Shown: positions 25,120-38,119, numbered from the stretch's first letter. The stretch is 64,000 nucleotides of DNA from Eledone cirrhosa (GCA_964016885.1 OZ024747.1:42160001-42224000), one strand, 5' to 3'. Notes: generated from the letters alone by a model not told the origin. Numbers and translations are program-made.

Positions 25120-26400
25120 CGGATCTTCTGTATTACTGCGTGACACCAGAGGTCACGGTCATGTGTTATCGACTTTGAGAGGTGTAATTGGGTAAGGTCG
25201 GCTTTTATCACCTTATCCCAGGTCTTCTTAGGTCTCCCAACTCCACGGCTTCCATCGACGTCTAGTGTTCTGCACCTTTCTATGCAGCTGTCATCCGTCA
25301 TACGCATCACATGTCCATACCAACGCAACCTCCTCTCCTGCACACAGCATTTGATTCCTCTTATGCTCAGTCTCTCTCTCAATTCATTTATGCTTTGCCG
25401 TTCACGTACGATATATTACTATTACACATCCATCGGAGCATGCAGGCTTCGTTTTTTTCTAATCTACGCAAGTCTTCTACACACAAAGCCCAGGGCTCAC
25501 TACCATGTAGCATTGCTGTTCGTATACACACATCATACAGTCTGCCCTTCATTTTGAGGGAAAAGCCTTTTACAGCTAGCAGTGGCAGTAGCTCTTTGAA
25601 CTTCTTCTACCCCGTTCTTACCCTAGTTATTGTACTTTCCGAACACCCACCTCCACTGTTAATTCGGTCACCTAGGTAGCAGATGCTGTCTACTGTTTCT
25701 ACAGAGCCCTCCCAGAGATTGGTGGTACTTGTTTCCTGTGGCTGTTTGTTGCTTGCTGCTATATGTGAAGCCTACATTCTTAGCTAAGCTTCCTGAGATC
25801 CCGCTACATCTCTTGTGTACCCATTGTTTGCATTTGGGGCAGAGGATGGAATTCTTACCTACACCTTTCCTACATACTGAGCAAGGCCATTTCCCTGAGG
25901 GGATCTGGGTTCTGTTTTCTCATCTACTTATGAGGACCTTAGTCTTTATCAGGTTGACTTTGAGACCCTTTCTTTCTAGTCCCTGCTTCCATGTTTCTTC
26001 TCTAGTTCTACCATAGATTCAGCTTTAAGTGTGAGATCATCCGCATATAGGAGTTCCCTTGGGCATCCGGTCTTAAACTCCTCTGTTATTGCCTGCAACA
26101 CTATAATGAACAAGAGAGGGCTAAGAACAGAGCCCTGGTGGACACCGACCTATATGTAAAAGTTCTCGCTATAGCCATTGCTAACCCTAACTTTGCTGAC
26201 TTCTCCCCTATACATGGCTTATTGCATCTCATCTAGTTTTACCCAGTCCCTAATCAACTGTGCTATAACTCTTTCCATTACTTTCATGACTTGGTCCATC
26301 AGCTTTATACCTCTATAGTTTCCTCTATCTAGTGCATCACCTTTACCCTTGTAGCAGTTGACAATGATGCTGCTGCACCAATCCTTTGGTATAACACCCT
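25120..26400 (-). mobile_element. Decayed RTE-clade LINE fragment (RT to C-terminus)
   Basis: - strand remnants of NYRGIKLMDQVMK, GVHQGSVLSPLLF, LLYADDL and RRLRWYGHVMRM..GRPKKTW with frameshifts. Confidence 0.8.
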
Positions 26401-28360
26401 CTAGTATATATATATATATATATATATTGTGGTAAAAAACCGGGAGGTTATATTGGAAGTTTGTAGAGCACTCAGTCCAAAGGACACGTTCGGTATAGAG
26501 TTAGTTCCACAACAAATTAGCAAATCATATTCAAGGACACACATTTCACCAGTTTTGTGGACTGTCTTATCAGTGTCTAAAGGTCGTCTGATGGTTAAGG
26601 AAGCATTCATTAAACTGGCCCTCCGAGCTACATTTCCTATCTGTTTTTTTCAATGATGATATCTGGTCTATTGGCAGCAATTTCTCAGTCAGTTATCACA
26701 AGTTATTGTTATCATTATAACTTCCTTTAAATTCTACTTCTTTCTTAAATTATGTCAAGTGTCAACATGTGGCAAAGTTTGATAAACACACATTTTACAA
26801 TCAATTATCATACAAATGATGCCAAAAGGACATAAAGAACAGTAAATGTCTTTGTAAGCTATTTAAATTGATAATGCCCTTAAGAGCGTCGGACACCATG
26901 CTTTGCAGCATCGAGTTACGGCCCTTTACGGTCTGGGTTCAAATCCCGCTGAGGTTAGCTTTTTCCTTTCATCCTTACGAGGTCAACAAAATAAAGCACA
27001 AGTAATGCACACTGGAGTCGATTTAATTGACTTTTCCCTCCTCTTCAAATTGCTGGCCCCGTGCCTAAAGTGGAAACTAATATCATTATTGTTATAAGTG
27101 GTGTGACAGTGTTGGACAAATACTTCACGTTTTGAGGTCCAATCCTGCTTAGGTCAACTTTGCTTTTGATTCTTCTGAGGTTTATAAAATAACTGAAGTA
27201 CTGGGGACGATATAATCAACTTTCCTCTCTTCAAAATTTGCTTGTCATTATTTATTAATTACCAAATTATTAGATAAATTATTCACTAATTGCCCCCACA
27301 TTTCTGAGTGAATATGTTTAGATGCAGTATTTTTTTAAAACGTCCAACCTAAACCTTCCTTTTTATTATATGTTTATAGCCAGCTTTGTAGATTCAGAGA
27401 TCAAATTTCAACACAGCTGCTGAACTTATTAAGCAAGAAAATTTTTTTTATTTTTCAAATGTACAGCAACAGCAGAGCAACAACAAGAAGTAACAACAGC
27501 AACAACAATAAGAGTAACAACAGTAAAAACAATGACAAGGCGAAAAACATAGAGCAACCATGCCAAAAATGGGCTGAGAGGACTCTTCAGTTGTGTAAGT
27601 AGCACACCAACCTCTCTAGTGTTAGTGATACGATAAACACACATAGTATACTCTGTAAAGTGGTTGGGAATATGAAGGATATGCAGCCATAGAAAACCTG
27701 TCAAACAAAGAGTTGAAAGGAGTCTTCAGTTGCGTCAAAGTCATGATAACCTCCCTAGTGCTGGTGTTGCGATAAAATGTACCTAATGCACTCTGTAAAG
27801 TGGTGTAACATATGACAAAGTGTGTATGTGTGTGTGAGGGAAGGAGAGAGAGAGAAAGAGAGAGAGGGAGTGAGAGAGAGAGAGTTCTATTCTTCGTTGT
27901 TAGAGAAATAACTTGTGTATTTTTCGTTTCTTCTGCCCCCATTTTCTAACTTATGAGATGACTTAAAGTCAATTTTCCAGTAGAAAGCAGCAGTTGCCAC
28001 TGCATATTATAACATTCTCAGATCACACAAGATGTTAGATTCCACAGTGTGTGTGTGTGGAAGGGTGGGGTGGGGTGGTTGTGTGTGTGTGTGTAGAGGG
28101 AAGGGGAGGTGTGTGTGTGCATGGAGAGCGGGAGTGTGTCTATGTGGAGGGAGAGAGAGAGAGAGTGTGAGTGTGTGAAGGAAGAGAGGAGGGTGTACAT
28201 TGATAGGTTTGGGCTGGAAAAGTCAGAAACTTAAATCATATTTAATGTTTTTTTTGTTTTAAAGCATTTTATTGTGGCACCAGCACTACCGTTCTACAGA
28301 GTTGGCTGGATGTGTTTTATTGTAGTACCAACACACACACACATATATATATACATATAT

Positions 28361-28895
28361 GGAGGCACATGGCTTAGTGGTTAGAGCATTGGCCTTGCAA
28401 TCGAAAGGTTGTGAGTTCAATTCTCAGACTGGGTGATGTGTTGTTTCCTTGAGCAAGACACTTTATTTCACATTGCTCCAGTTTACTCAGCTGTAGAAAT
28501 GAGATGATAGGGACTGGGATCCATATAATTCCACTGCAAAGTGGTCGTGTAGGTGCCACGACAAAAAAGCACCCAGCACTCACTGTAAATGAGGTTGGTG
28601 TTAGGAAGGGCATCCAGCTATAGAAATCAAGCCAGAATCAGTTCCCATCCCACCCTTGCAAGCAGGGAAAAGCGGACGTAAAATGAAATGATGATGATGA
28701 GATATGTCACGACAAAAAGCACCCAGTACACACTGTAAATGTGCTTGGCGTTAGGAAGGGCATCCAACTGTGAAAACCAAGCCAGAATCAGTTCTGTATG
28801 AGCAAGATACGGTCATCCGACCTGGCTTGTCTCACAACGGGACAGCTTGTCTAACCCATGCTAGCATGGAAAATAGATGTTAAACGGTGATGATA
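28361..28895 (+). mobile_element. Composite tRNA-head SINE(s) with RTE-type tails
   Basis: A/B-box head TGGCTTAGTGGTTAG..GAGTTCAATTC and two tails ending in (ATG)n. A related head lies on the - strand at 31430-31580. Confidence 0.7.
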
Positions 28896-29156
28896 ATACA
28901 TATATCCCTCATTTCCTCCTGCCAAACCTCACCATATGTCATCATTCCCTCTCCTCAAGATTAGAGAGATCTCTTCTGTTAGGTCAATGACCAACAACCT
29001 TGATTGTGCTGGTGTCATGACATCTAGTGTACCAACTTGTATATTCACTTGGTGATTCTCTCATCTCTATCTTGTTAACACTTGAAGTCTATGTTCTCTA
29101 CATCAGATATGTTAACACAAAATCACTCATTATTTTTTATTCAGACCACAAAAATC

Positions 29157-29345
29157 ATGGGCAGAGGTGTAGAGGTAGACCACGAAAAACATGGGCGGAG
29201 GTGGTGAGAACAGACCTCAGATCGCTGAAACTCACGGTGGAGATAACGAAGGACCGTGACGAGTGGAGACATGCTGTGCTGAATAAGACCCGTCCCGCCC
29301 TTGCAAGCAGGGAAGAGCGGACGTAAAATGATGATGATGATGATG
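29157..29345 (+). mobile_element. RTE 3' fragment
   Basis: Nearly identical to the reverse complement of 17682-17865 (RGRPRKTWAEVVRTDL..) with a (GAT)n tail. Confidence 0.85.
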
Positions 29346-30086
29346 GTGTCTCTGAGTAATTTATTCTCTAAACAATTTGATTATACTACAACCAGAGTAC
29401 TATCCTGTATATTTACTTCTGATTCTCTCATCTCTATATTGATAAATATTTGAAGTCTATGCTTAACTGATGAAATCCTAAGACTATAGCATCTCCAAAG
29501 TTGTTTCCAATAGTTACCCCCCCCCCCCAACGCTGCATGTGTGCTAGATTGTAAATTTGGGCAGATAGATACAATATTATCTTTCAGACAACTGTAAACT
29601 ATATATATAGTTTGCTTTTTAATGACCTCTTCTCTAAATATGTTATCATTAAATTATATTCTAGATGTATATCTATACCTAAAAATAAAAGTCAACGTCT
29701 ACAAAAGAAAGAAAAGTTGTAAAACAATAGCTATGGTGCAGCCTTTTTAGACATCGATTGTAGTGCACCTGAGCACGGTAAACAATAATTTCATTATTAT
29801 TATTATTATCTGAGTTCAAATCCCGCCAAAGTTAGCTTTGCCTTTCATCCTTACGGGGTCGATAAAATAAAGCACCAGTAATGCACTGGATAATTGCTGG
29901 CCTTGTGCCAAAAGTAGAAACAATTATTATTATTATTTTATTAGTGTGGAGAGTGTAAGGGAGATAACACCTTCTTTGTATAATGTTTAGTAGTATCGGA
30001 ACTGTGATCTCTCAATTCGGAGATGTAACGGCTCTATAGAGTATCGTTACTCCAAAGACCCTTCGGAGTAACTCGATTTCAGCCGC

Positions 30087-31060
30087 TTGTTCTCTTTCGT
30101 TTATTACCCAAGACTCATGACCATAGGTAAGGGTTGGCATGAATACCGAATTGAAGATTGCGAGTTTGGCTTTTACACCTACCTCCCTTCTGATAACCGA
30201 ATGCTGAACAGTCGCCAGTCCGTTTCAACATCCTCAGTTTGCTCAGGGAGTTCTCTGAATTTGAATGCAATAGTGCCTGCATACTTGGTTCTGACTTCCT
30301 TATTCGCCAACGCTTCGCCCTTTATCCTGTAGGTTGATCTGGACCTGCCAGTTTTGTGGGCTTCTTTGACTTTAGCTTGTCTCAAGTTGCTGATAACTAG
30401 ATGGTGATCAGTTGACAGCTCAGCCCCTTTCTTAACTCGAACATCCAGCACAGAATCGAAGAGATCATAGACAATAACAAAATCAATTATTGATCTCTGT
30501 TTCTGATTACCCCTATACTATGTATACTTATGGATGTCTTTGTGCTGGAAGGTGTTCATAATAGAGAGCCCACTAGAACAGACGTCTAATAAGGTCTCAT
30601 CATTTGTATTTAGATCGGGTTCGTCGTTTCTTCCAATCACTCCTTTCCATGCAAGGCTGTCAGTGCATTGAAGTTTCCTATTAGGATATATGACTCACTC
30701 GTAACTACATCTAACGTTGCAGCTACTCCAAGAAAGGATCTGTATTCAGACTCTTTGTTTGGTGCATAAACTTGCACCACCAACAGAGACATATTTTTCA
30801 GCATAAGTTTCAAGAAACAAATCCTCTCTCCCAAATGGGATCCTGTCCATAACGATTCTGTGAGTATGCCCCCCCCCCCGTGTAGTCATTTCTAGCATCA
30901 CGCCTGAATAGTGGAGTTTCCATTCTCCATCCAAATCTACAGTACCAGAGCCATGGCATTTTGTTGGGGGGAAACCCTGACTATATGGCTTCCTCCACTA
31001 GATCCTGCTCCTTACCTGTAAGGGTTGTGACGTACCAGGTTCCAATGTTTACGGTTTGCT
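30087..31060 (-). mobile_element. Decayed LINE AP-endonuclease region (RTE-like)
   Basis: TWYVTTL, WKLHYSGV, VQVYAPN, IGNFNA, IIDFVIV and ELSTDHHLV remnants across frames. Confidence 0.7.
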
Positions 31061-31995
31061 CCCTTCCGAATCCTCTTTGGGGTCTCGGGGTACGCACCTT
31101 TTGTGTGTCTATCGCACGCCTCCCAAGACAAGTCACAATATATTTTTCGAACAGCCCCCCCCCCTCCTACCTAAGGCCTGAATGCGTCCTTTGTCAACCA
31201 ACGCGAAAGATGATGCAGTATGATTATTTTTGTTGCCTCTCGTGATATTGCAGTTTTGGTTGTCTTATTCATGCCAGTCACCAATCTGGTTCTTTTCTTA
31301 GACCCGCGAAGAGTAGGCTTTTTTAGTGTGTGTGTGTCAGTTCACACCTATGCAGGTTTAGCTGGCCTCCTCCAAGGTATATCTTGTTGGAGGTGTCTTG
31401 GGTAATTTTTTAATGATAGGGATAGGGACTCCAGTCCTATCATCTCATTTCTACAGCTGAGTAAACAGGAACAACGTAAAATAAAGTGCTCAAGGAAAAA
31501 GCACATCACCCGGTCGGAGAATTGAACTCACAACCTTTCGATTGCAAGCCCAATGCTCTAACCACTAAGCCATGCGCCTTTACAAGGCTTTTTTTAGAGG
31601 CGGCCTTTACTCGCCTCGCCGTAGCTACATCACTTGGTTGTGAGAGTTTTACTTGTGAGCTAACAGTGTCACTCATTGCTTCGTCTCCCCTAAAAATAAT
31701 AGTTGTTACAAAATGTTGATTGGGATTTTTAATTTTCGATTTAAGTGTAGAAATGATATTATTTTTATTTCTAATAGTAATCTAATATTTTAGATAATTC
31801 TTTTTCAGAAAAAATTTAATTTCAAAGCATTATTCTTTATATGTATTCCTATTTTATTCACCAAGCATAGCATTTTTTTTTATGAGCACCTACGAAATAA
31901 ACATCAAACGAAACGAACCATTAATTTCTACTGTATAACTTTTTACCGTTACGCTTCTACCGGTGTTATAAGAACATACAGTGTAAAGTAGGACC

Positions 31996-32106
31996 ATGCT
32001 TGTTTTCTGCCCTGTTTGTGCTAATGTTTTGGTTGTGGAAGAAGGACCTAACTCTTATCGCTTTGGTTGTCATACGTGTCCCTACATACAGAACATTACA
32101 CGAATG
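31996..32106 (+). CDS. POLR3K: RNA polymerase III subunit RPC10, exon 1
   Basis: MLVFCPVCANVLVVEEGPNSYRFGCHTCPYIQNITRM, the N-terminal zinc ribbon. Phase-0 GT donor at 32107. Confidence 0.95.
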
Positions 32107-32563
32107 GTATACTATACGATTCATCATTCTATCGATCTAAACTTTGTATAAGTGTTCTTTTTCTTTCTAATGTTATCTGTAGATATATAATTGTTTCTAC
32201 TTTTGGCACAAGGCCAGCAAATAACCAGTACATTACTGGTACATTTTGGCAGTATCTGTAGAGAGTCGGACGCCATGCTTTGCAGCACAGTTACGTCCCT
32301 TTACGAACTGAGTTCAAATCCCGCCAAGGTTAACTTTGCCTTTCATCCTTACGGGGTCGATAAAATAAAGTACCAGTAATACACTGCGATAATTGCTGGC
32401 CTTGTGCCAAACGTAGAAACAATTATTATATCGACCCCGTATGGATAAAAGGGAAAGTTAACCTCGGCAGGATTATATAACAGCCAACGTGTTGGTTGGT
32501 CGTATGTAATGTTTTATATCGTATATATATATATATATATACGATATAAAACATTATATATAT

Positions 32564-33581
32564 ATATGAAAAAGTTTGTCCTCATCAGTGGCCTTCCAAC
32601 CGTCGTAGGCATTTCGTCGCATTAAAGGCCATATACCTCAGGTTAGCGAGCAACGGCTAAAAAAAGTCGTTGGGACACGTAAATAAAGGGGACGCTAGGG
32701 TAAACAGACAAAATGGTTTAAGCAGCAGAAAGTGATGAAGAAGAAACACGTCCCAGATTTCTATGAATATAAATTCGGAACCATTTTGTCTGTTTACCCT
32801 AGCGTCCCCTTTATTTACGTGTCCCAACGACTTTTTTTAGCCGTTGCTCGCACCAACCTGAGGTATATGGCCTTTAATGCGACGAAATGCCTACGACGGT
32901 TGGAAGGCCACCGATGAGGACAAACTTTTTCATATGTAACCCATTTGCAGCGCCGCAGCTCCATTATTATCATATTTACACATATATTTTTTCCTCCGCT
33001 GCCACCAGCCTGTTTCGTTCTTTGTGTCTTTACCCTTTCTAGCAGTCTCTCTCTGTTAGCCTCTTCCTCACCTTTCACTCACTCTCTGTCACTACCTCTC
33101 CTCCTCCCCTTTCTTCCCGTTTGACCTGTCCGTAATCCTTTTCTCGCGGACACTTGACCAAGCCGGTATGAATTTTTTTTCTCTCTCTTTCGTCTGCGAC
33201 TTCACATAACTTATGTTTACCGAATTCGCAGACCAGACCCCTTCTTCCTCCCGTTAGACCTGTGCGAAATTCCTTCCTTGCTCACATTTCAACCAGGTTT
33301 GATGGTCTTTATTCTCTCGTTCACGATTCCACCGAATTTATATTCATAGAAATCTGGGACTTGTTTCTTCTTCATCACTTTCTGCTGCTTAAACCATTTT
33401 GTCTGTTTACCCTAGCGTCCCCTTTATTTACGTGTCCCAACGACTTTTTTTAGCCGTTGCTCGCACCAACCTGAGGTATATGGCCTTTAATGCGACGAAA
33501 TGTCTACGACGGTTGGAAGGCCACTGATGAGGACAAACTTTTTCATATGTAACCCATTTGCAGCGCCGCAGCTCCATTATT

Positions 33582-33588
<7 letters not shown>
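32564..33588 (+). mobile_element. Non-coding element with 197-bp direct terminal repeats and a 5' inverted copy (Penelope-like geometry)
   Basis: Direct repeats 32779-32975 and 33392-33588 (period 613). 32564-32778 is the reverse complement of 33332-33548. (TA)n on both sides. Confidence 0.7.
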
Positions 33589-33621
<33 letters not shown>

Positions 33622-33625
<4 letters not shown>

Positions 33626-33882
33626 GTATAAAATCAATACAATATTATTACCTCATTACCAGAGGTTTCCCGAATGAGGCGAATACGAAATAAACGACTT
33701 CATTCGTGCCTCGTCTGACGAACGAATGAAGTCGTTTATTTCGTATTCGCCTCATTCGGGAAACCTCTGGTAATGAGGTAATAATATTGTATTGATTTTA
33801 TACATTAAATTTTGCTCTGATACTGACATAGAGCACTCTTCATTTCTATGACCTTTTCTGTTTCTAACTGAAATTTCAATAC
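33622..33882 (+). mobile_element. Fold-back hammerhead-bearing pLTR-like insert
   Basis: 86-bp inverted arms 33622-33707 and 33722-33807. Tail GCTCTGATACTGACATAGAGCAC. (TA)n flanks. Confidence 0.7.
33709..33778 (+). ncRNA. Type I hammerhead ribozyme motif in POLR3K intron 1 (sense)
   Basis: Stem I CCTCGT/ATGAGG, core CTGACGA, stem II CGAATGA/TCATTCG, GAAA, stem III ACC-TCT-GGT, cleavage triplet GUA. Confidence 0.75.
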
Positions 33883-34175
33883 ATATATATATATATATAT
33901 ATATACTTACATACATACAAAAAGAGAGAATTAATATATTGGTTGAAGTCGGGAATATACATACTGAGAGAGGAACAGTGCTACAGTTAAGTGTGCACGT
34001 GAACGCATATACTCAAACATATATGCAGACATACACATATATACAAAGACGTATATATACATACAAACATGTATATACAAACACACATATATATATACAT
34101 ACATACGTTCACACACACACGTGTGTGTGTACACACAAGTACCTGACAAGTATCTGACACTTTATTATTTCCAGT

Positions 34176-34563
34176 AGGGCGGTGGATTGGCAGTATCGGT
34201 AGAGGGTCGGACTCCATGCTTTGGCGGTGGAATGGCAAGGCCCTTGCCATTCTGAGTTCAAATCCCGCCGAGGTTAACTTTGCCTTTTATCCTTACGGGG
34301 TCGATAAAATAAAGTACCAGTAATGCACTGGGTAATTGTTAGCCTTGTGCCAAAAGTAGAAACAATTATTTCCAGTATCTATGGGCGTTGGATTGGCAGT
34401 ATCGGTAGAGGGTCGGACGCCATGCTTTGCAGCAAAAAGTTACACCCTTTTACGGTCTGAGTTCAAATCCCGCCGAGGTTAACTTTGCCTTTCATCCTTA
34501 CGGGGTCGATAAAATAAAGTACCAGTAATGCACTGGCCTTGTGCCAAATGTAGAAACAATTAT
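34176..34563 (+). mobile_element. Two adjacent tRNA-derived SINE copies (Meta-domain-like core)
   Basis: GGGCGGTGGATTGGCAGTATCGGTAGAG head, GAGTTCAAATCCC B box, GCCTTTCATCCTTACGGGGTCGATAAAATAAAGTACCAG core and GTAGAAACAATTATT tail. TSD TTATTTCCAGTA around the first copy. Confidence 0.8.
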
Positions 34564-35210
34564 TTTAGTGTTTAAAGCGGAGTTACGATTTCCCTATTCT
34601 GCCTGCATTCTCTTTATCAATGTTTTATTATAGAGTTGTGGATGGGTTCAGGGCGAAAATGTTAATGTTTATTTGTTTTAATTATTTTTGTATTTTAGCT
34701 GGTAGAGCGACCAAATAGAAACTTAGTGTCTAGTCGCAACGTATAAACCTATTTGAGTAACGATCAAAGGGAAATAAATCGTGCAAGTTTTCTTCTATAT
34801 GTTTCAAGATTTATTTCCCTTTGTTAAATTTAACTAAATGTTTGTTCTAGTGATTTCTTCTTCGCTGTAGTTAATATTCACGATTTCTACACTTATATGA
34901 TGATTTCACAGTATTACCACTACCTATATAAATAGAATACACTACGTAGTTTTACAGTGTACTACCGATTCGAATATTTATAAAAGTGTGAACGCACGTG
35001 TATATTATATCATCATCATTGAACGTCTATTTTTGCATAGGTTAGACGGAGACTAGACATGTCAGGTGAACGTGTCTTGCTCATACGTTCCATTTTAGCA
35101 TGGTTTCTACGGCTTGATACTCTCCAACTACTTCACGTCGCGAACCGGGTGTTTTTTCGGAGCATCAGCACTACCACTTATCTATCTAGGACGTTCATTG
35201 TGCCGTACAT

Positions 35211-36073
35211 CAGTGGAAGTGTATATATTGTATGTACATCTGTGAAGCTAAGGGTATAGTGTAAGTGTATATATTGTATGTACATCTGTGAAGCTAAGGG
35301 TATAGTGTAAGTGTATATATTGTATGTACATCTGTGAAGCTAAGAGTATAGTGTTAGTGTATATATTGTATGTACATCTGTCAACCCAAGGGTACAGTTG
35401 AAGTGTATATATTGTATGTACATCTGTCAACCCAAGGGTACAGTTGAAGTGTATATATTGTATGTACATCTGTCAACCCAAGGGTACAGTTGAAGTGTAT
35501 ATATTGTATGTACATCTGTCAAGCTAAAGGTACAGTAGAAGTATATATATTGTATGTACATCTGTCAACCCAAGGGTACAGTTGAAGTGTATATATTGTA
35601 TGTACATCTGTCAAACTAAAGGTACAGTAGAAGTATATATATTGTATGTACATCTGTCAACCCAAGGGTACAGTTGAAGTGTATATATTGTATGTACATC
35701 TGTCAAGCTAAAGGTACAGTAGAAGTATATATATTGTATGTACATCTGTCAACCCAAGGGTACAGTTGAAGTGTATATATTGTATGTACATCTGTCAAGC
35801 TAAAGGTACAGTAGAAGTATATATATTGTATGTACATCTGTCAACCCAAGGGTACAGTTGAAGTGTATATATTGTATGTACATCTGTCAAGCTAAAGGTA
35901 CAGTAGAAGTATATATATTGTATGTACATCTGTCAACCCAAGGGTACAGTGGAAGTGTATATATTGTATGTACATCTGTCAAGCTAAAGGTACAGTTGAA
36001 GTGTATATATTGTATGTACATCTGTCAAGCTAAAGGTACAGTAGAAGTATATATATTGTAGGTACAGTGGAAG
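35211..36073 (+). repeat. 46-bp minisatellite, about 18 copies, with two alternating variants
   Basis: Unit GAAGTGTATATATTGTATGTACATCTGTCAACCCAAGGGTACAGTT alternating with ..CAAGCTAAAGGTACAGTAGAAGTA.. Confidence 0.95.
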
Positions 36074-36973
36074 ATACACATCCAATATGTTATGCAGTGG
36101 TACTGAACCTAAAACTATTTGGTTGTGTAGTAAACCCTTTAACTGTGTTGTCCTTTGCTTAATGCATCATCCTTTTTACATCCACTTTACCATGCTTGCA
36201 TGGGTATATATAATCCAGTCAACATGTACTTTATATTTTCCAACTATGACCATCCCGTTTTTTTTTTATTCTTCAAATCTATGACTACATTATCTGATAT
36301 ATCACTCCTTTTAAAAGGCTACAATGTAATCTGGTGAAAATCTGACTGTTATTTCTACTGAATTTGATAACCACATAGTGGTTAGTTTCCATATTTCAAG
36401 CCATTCTATTGTATTAAAGTTGGAAGAAGGATTGGTTGAGCTGTTAGAGTGTTAGACAAATGCTGATCAGTATTTGTTCTTGGCCTTTATGTTCTGAGTT
36501 CAAATCCTGCTGAGGTTGACTTTGCCTTTTATCCTTCCAAGGTCGATAAAATAAAGTACTAGTGAAGTACTGAGCTCAATATAATCAACTTTCTCTTCTG
36601 GCTTTGTACCTAAACTAGAAACTATTATAATAAAGTTGGTGTATCTGCAGTGTAAATTGTCTGTCACGATATGGAAAAGGGATGGTAAGAGAGTGGTAGT
36701 GGTGGCAGTATTGCTGTGGTGGTGGTGATGTTGCTGTGGAGGTGACAGTAGTTGTTGTGCTGTTGCTGTGGAAGTGACAATGGTTGTACTGCTGTTGAGG
36801 TGAGTGGTGGTTGTGGTATTGCTGTGGATGTGACCATGGTGGTGTTGGTTTTGCTGCTGTGAGGTGATTGTGGTGCTGCTAACCTTTTTTAAACCTATGC
36901 TGTACAAAAAAACATTTTTTATCCTCAATTTTATATTTGTTCTGATATAGATTATTTTCAAATGTTTATTTAG

Positions 36974-37061
36974 GTTAAATATCGTAAATATCCAAAGCTG
37001 AAAGAAGTGGATGATGTACTAGGTGGAGCCTCAGCTTGGGAAAATGTTGACTCTACTGAAG
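36974..37061 (+). CDS. POLR3K: RNA polymerase III subunit RPC10, exon 2
   Basis: VKYRKYPKLKEVDDVLGGASAWENVDSTE. TTTAG acceptor, G|GTAGT donor, 88 nt. Confidence 0.95.
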
Positions 37062-37304
37062 GTAGTTTCACTTTTAACTATTTTAATTTTTACACATTCT
37101 TAGAGTCTTTCTAAATTTATGATATTTGAAATACATTTACTATACATCTGTGTTCCTTTCTCAGATCATAGAGACACAGTGGTGTAAGCATTGATCCCAC
37201 TATGTGGCACTTTGGGTTTCTATATAGGCTGATAGGTGTGTTATCAGTGTAGCATGGTAGACAGAAACTGTGTGGAAGCTTGTCATACATGAGTGTGTAT
37301 ATGT

Positions 37305-37340
<36 letters not shown>

Positions 37341-37957
37341 CTGTTCATTTTTCCTGTTCACCCCCCTGTTTTGAATTCATATTCTAAAGTCTTGTTCATG
37401 CAGGCTTTTTTGGAAATGATCATATATATATATGTTGGGAGAGAGAGAGAGTGTGTGTGTGGACTGTTTATCTGTGTCAAAGATATGGCAACCTCTCTAA
37501 TGTTGGTGCCATGATAAAATGCACTTGCTTAGTATGTGAGCAAGATGCAAGTCACCAACCTATCTGACCACTCAGTAGAGTGCAGGAATGCATGTGAGAT
37601 GCAGACCCCTGGTCAATCTGAAAGGTCAGTAGCTTCTGTTTAAGTACTGACTTGGTCTGTTCACAACCTATCCAACCCTTGTAAGCAGGGAAAATAAACG
37701 TTAAATGATGATGTGATGATTCTATATTTATATTTAATTTCCCCATTGATTATGACTTTGAAAAAGGGAGCTAGCTCTTTTCAATAACATTCCCTACCAT
37801 TTGAAATTTACAGTTATATTAATATTTCAATCATATTATTTTTTTCCCTGGTTTTATGACATATTTCAAGGTTTGAAGTATGTTATGTAAATAGTCAAAA
37901 GACTCAACCACCTTCCCAGGTTTCATGACATTTCATTTGTTTTTATTTATCTGTTAG

Positions 37958-38085
37958 AAACCTGCCCCAAGTGTGAGCACGCACGAGCCTATTTCATGCA
38001 GATTCAAACACGGTCAGCTGATGAACCAATGACAACATTTTACAAATGCTGTAATGTAGAGTGTGCACATCGATGGAAAGACTGA
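37958..38085 (+). CDS. POLR3K: RNA polymerase III subunit RPC10, exon 3
   Basis: [42 protein letters not shown], the TFIIS-like zinc ribbon. 111+88+128 nt = 108 aa plus stop. Confidence 0.95.
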
Positions 38086-38119
38086 AAGTTTAGCTGTAAT
38101 TTATCTCTGTATTTTTGTA

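Noticed and set aside
26525-26580. - strand CTGATAA..GAAATGTGTGTC hammerhead-like remnant with an ACTC..GAGTGC tail
   Set aside because: It has a C3-A8 mismatch and no clean NUH/stem I. It is probably a decayed member of the system but is not callable as a ribozyme.
28361-28435. tRNA gene
   Set aside because: A and B boxes are present but there is no proper cloverleaf, and the sequence continues into a SINE body.
34699-34740. 42-nt in-frame cassette exon in POLR3K intron 1
   Set aside because: The acceptor is good but the donor is weak, and the three called exons already give a canonical 108-aa protein.
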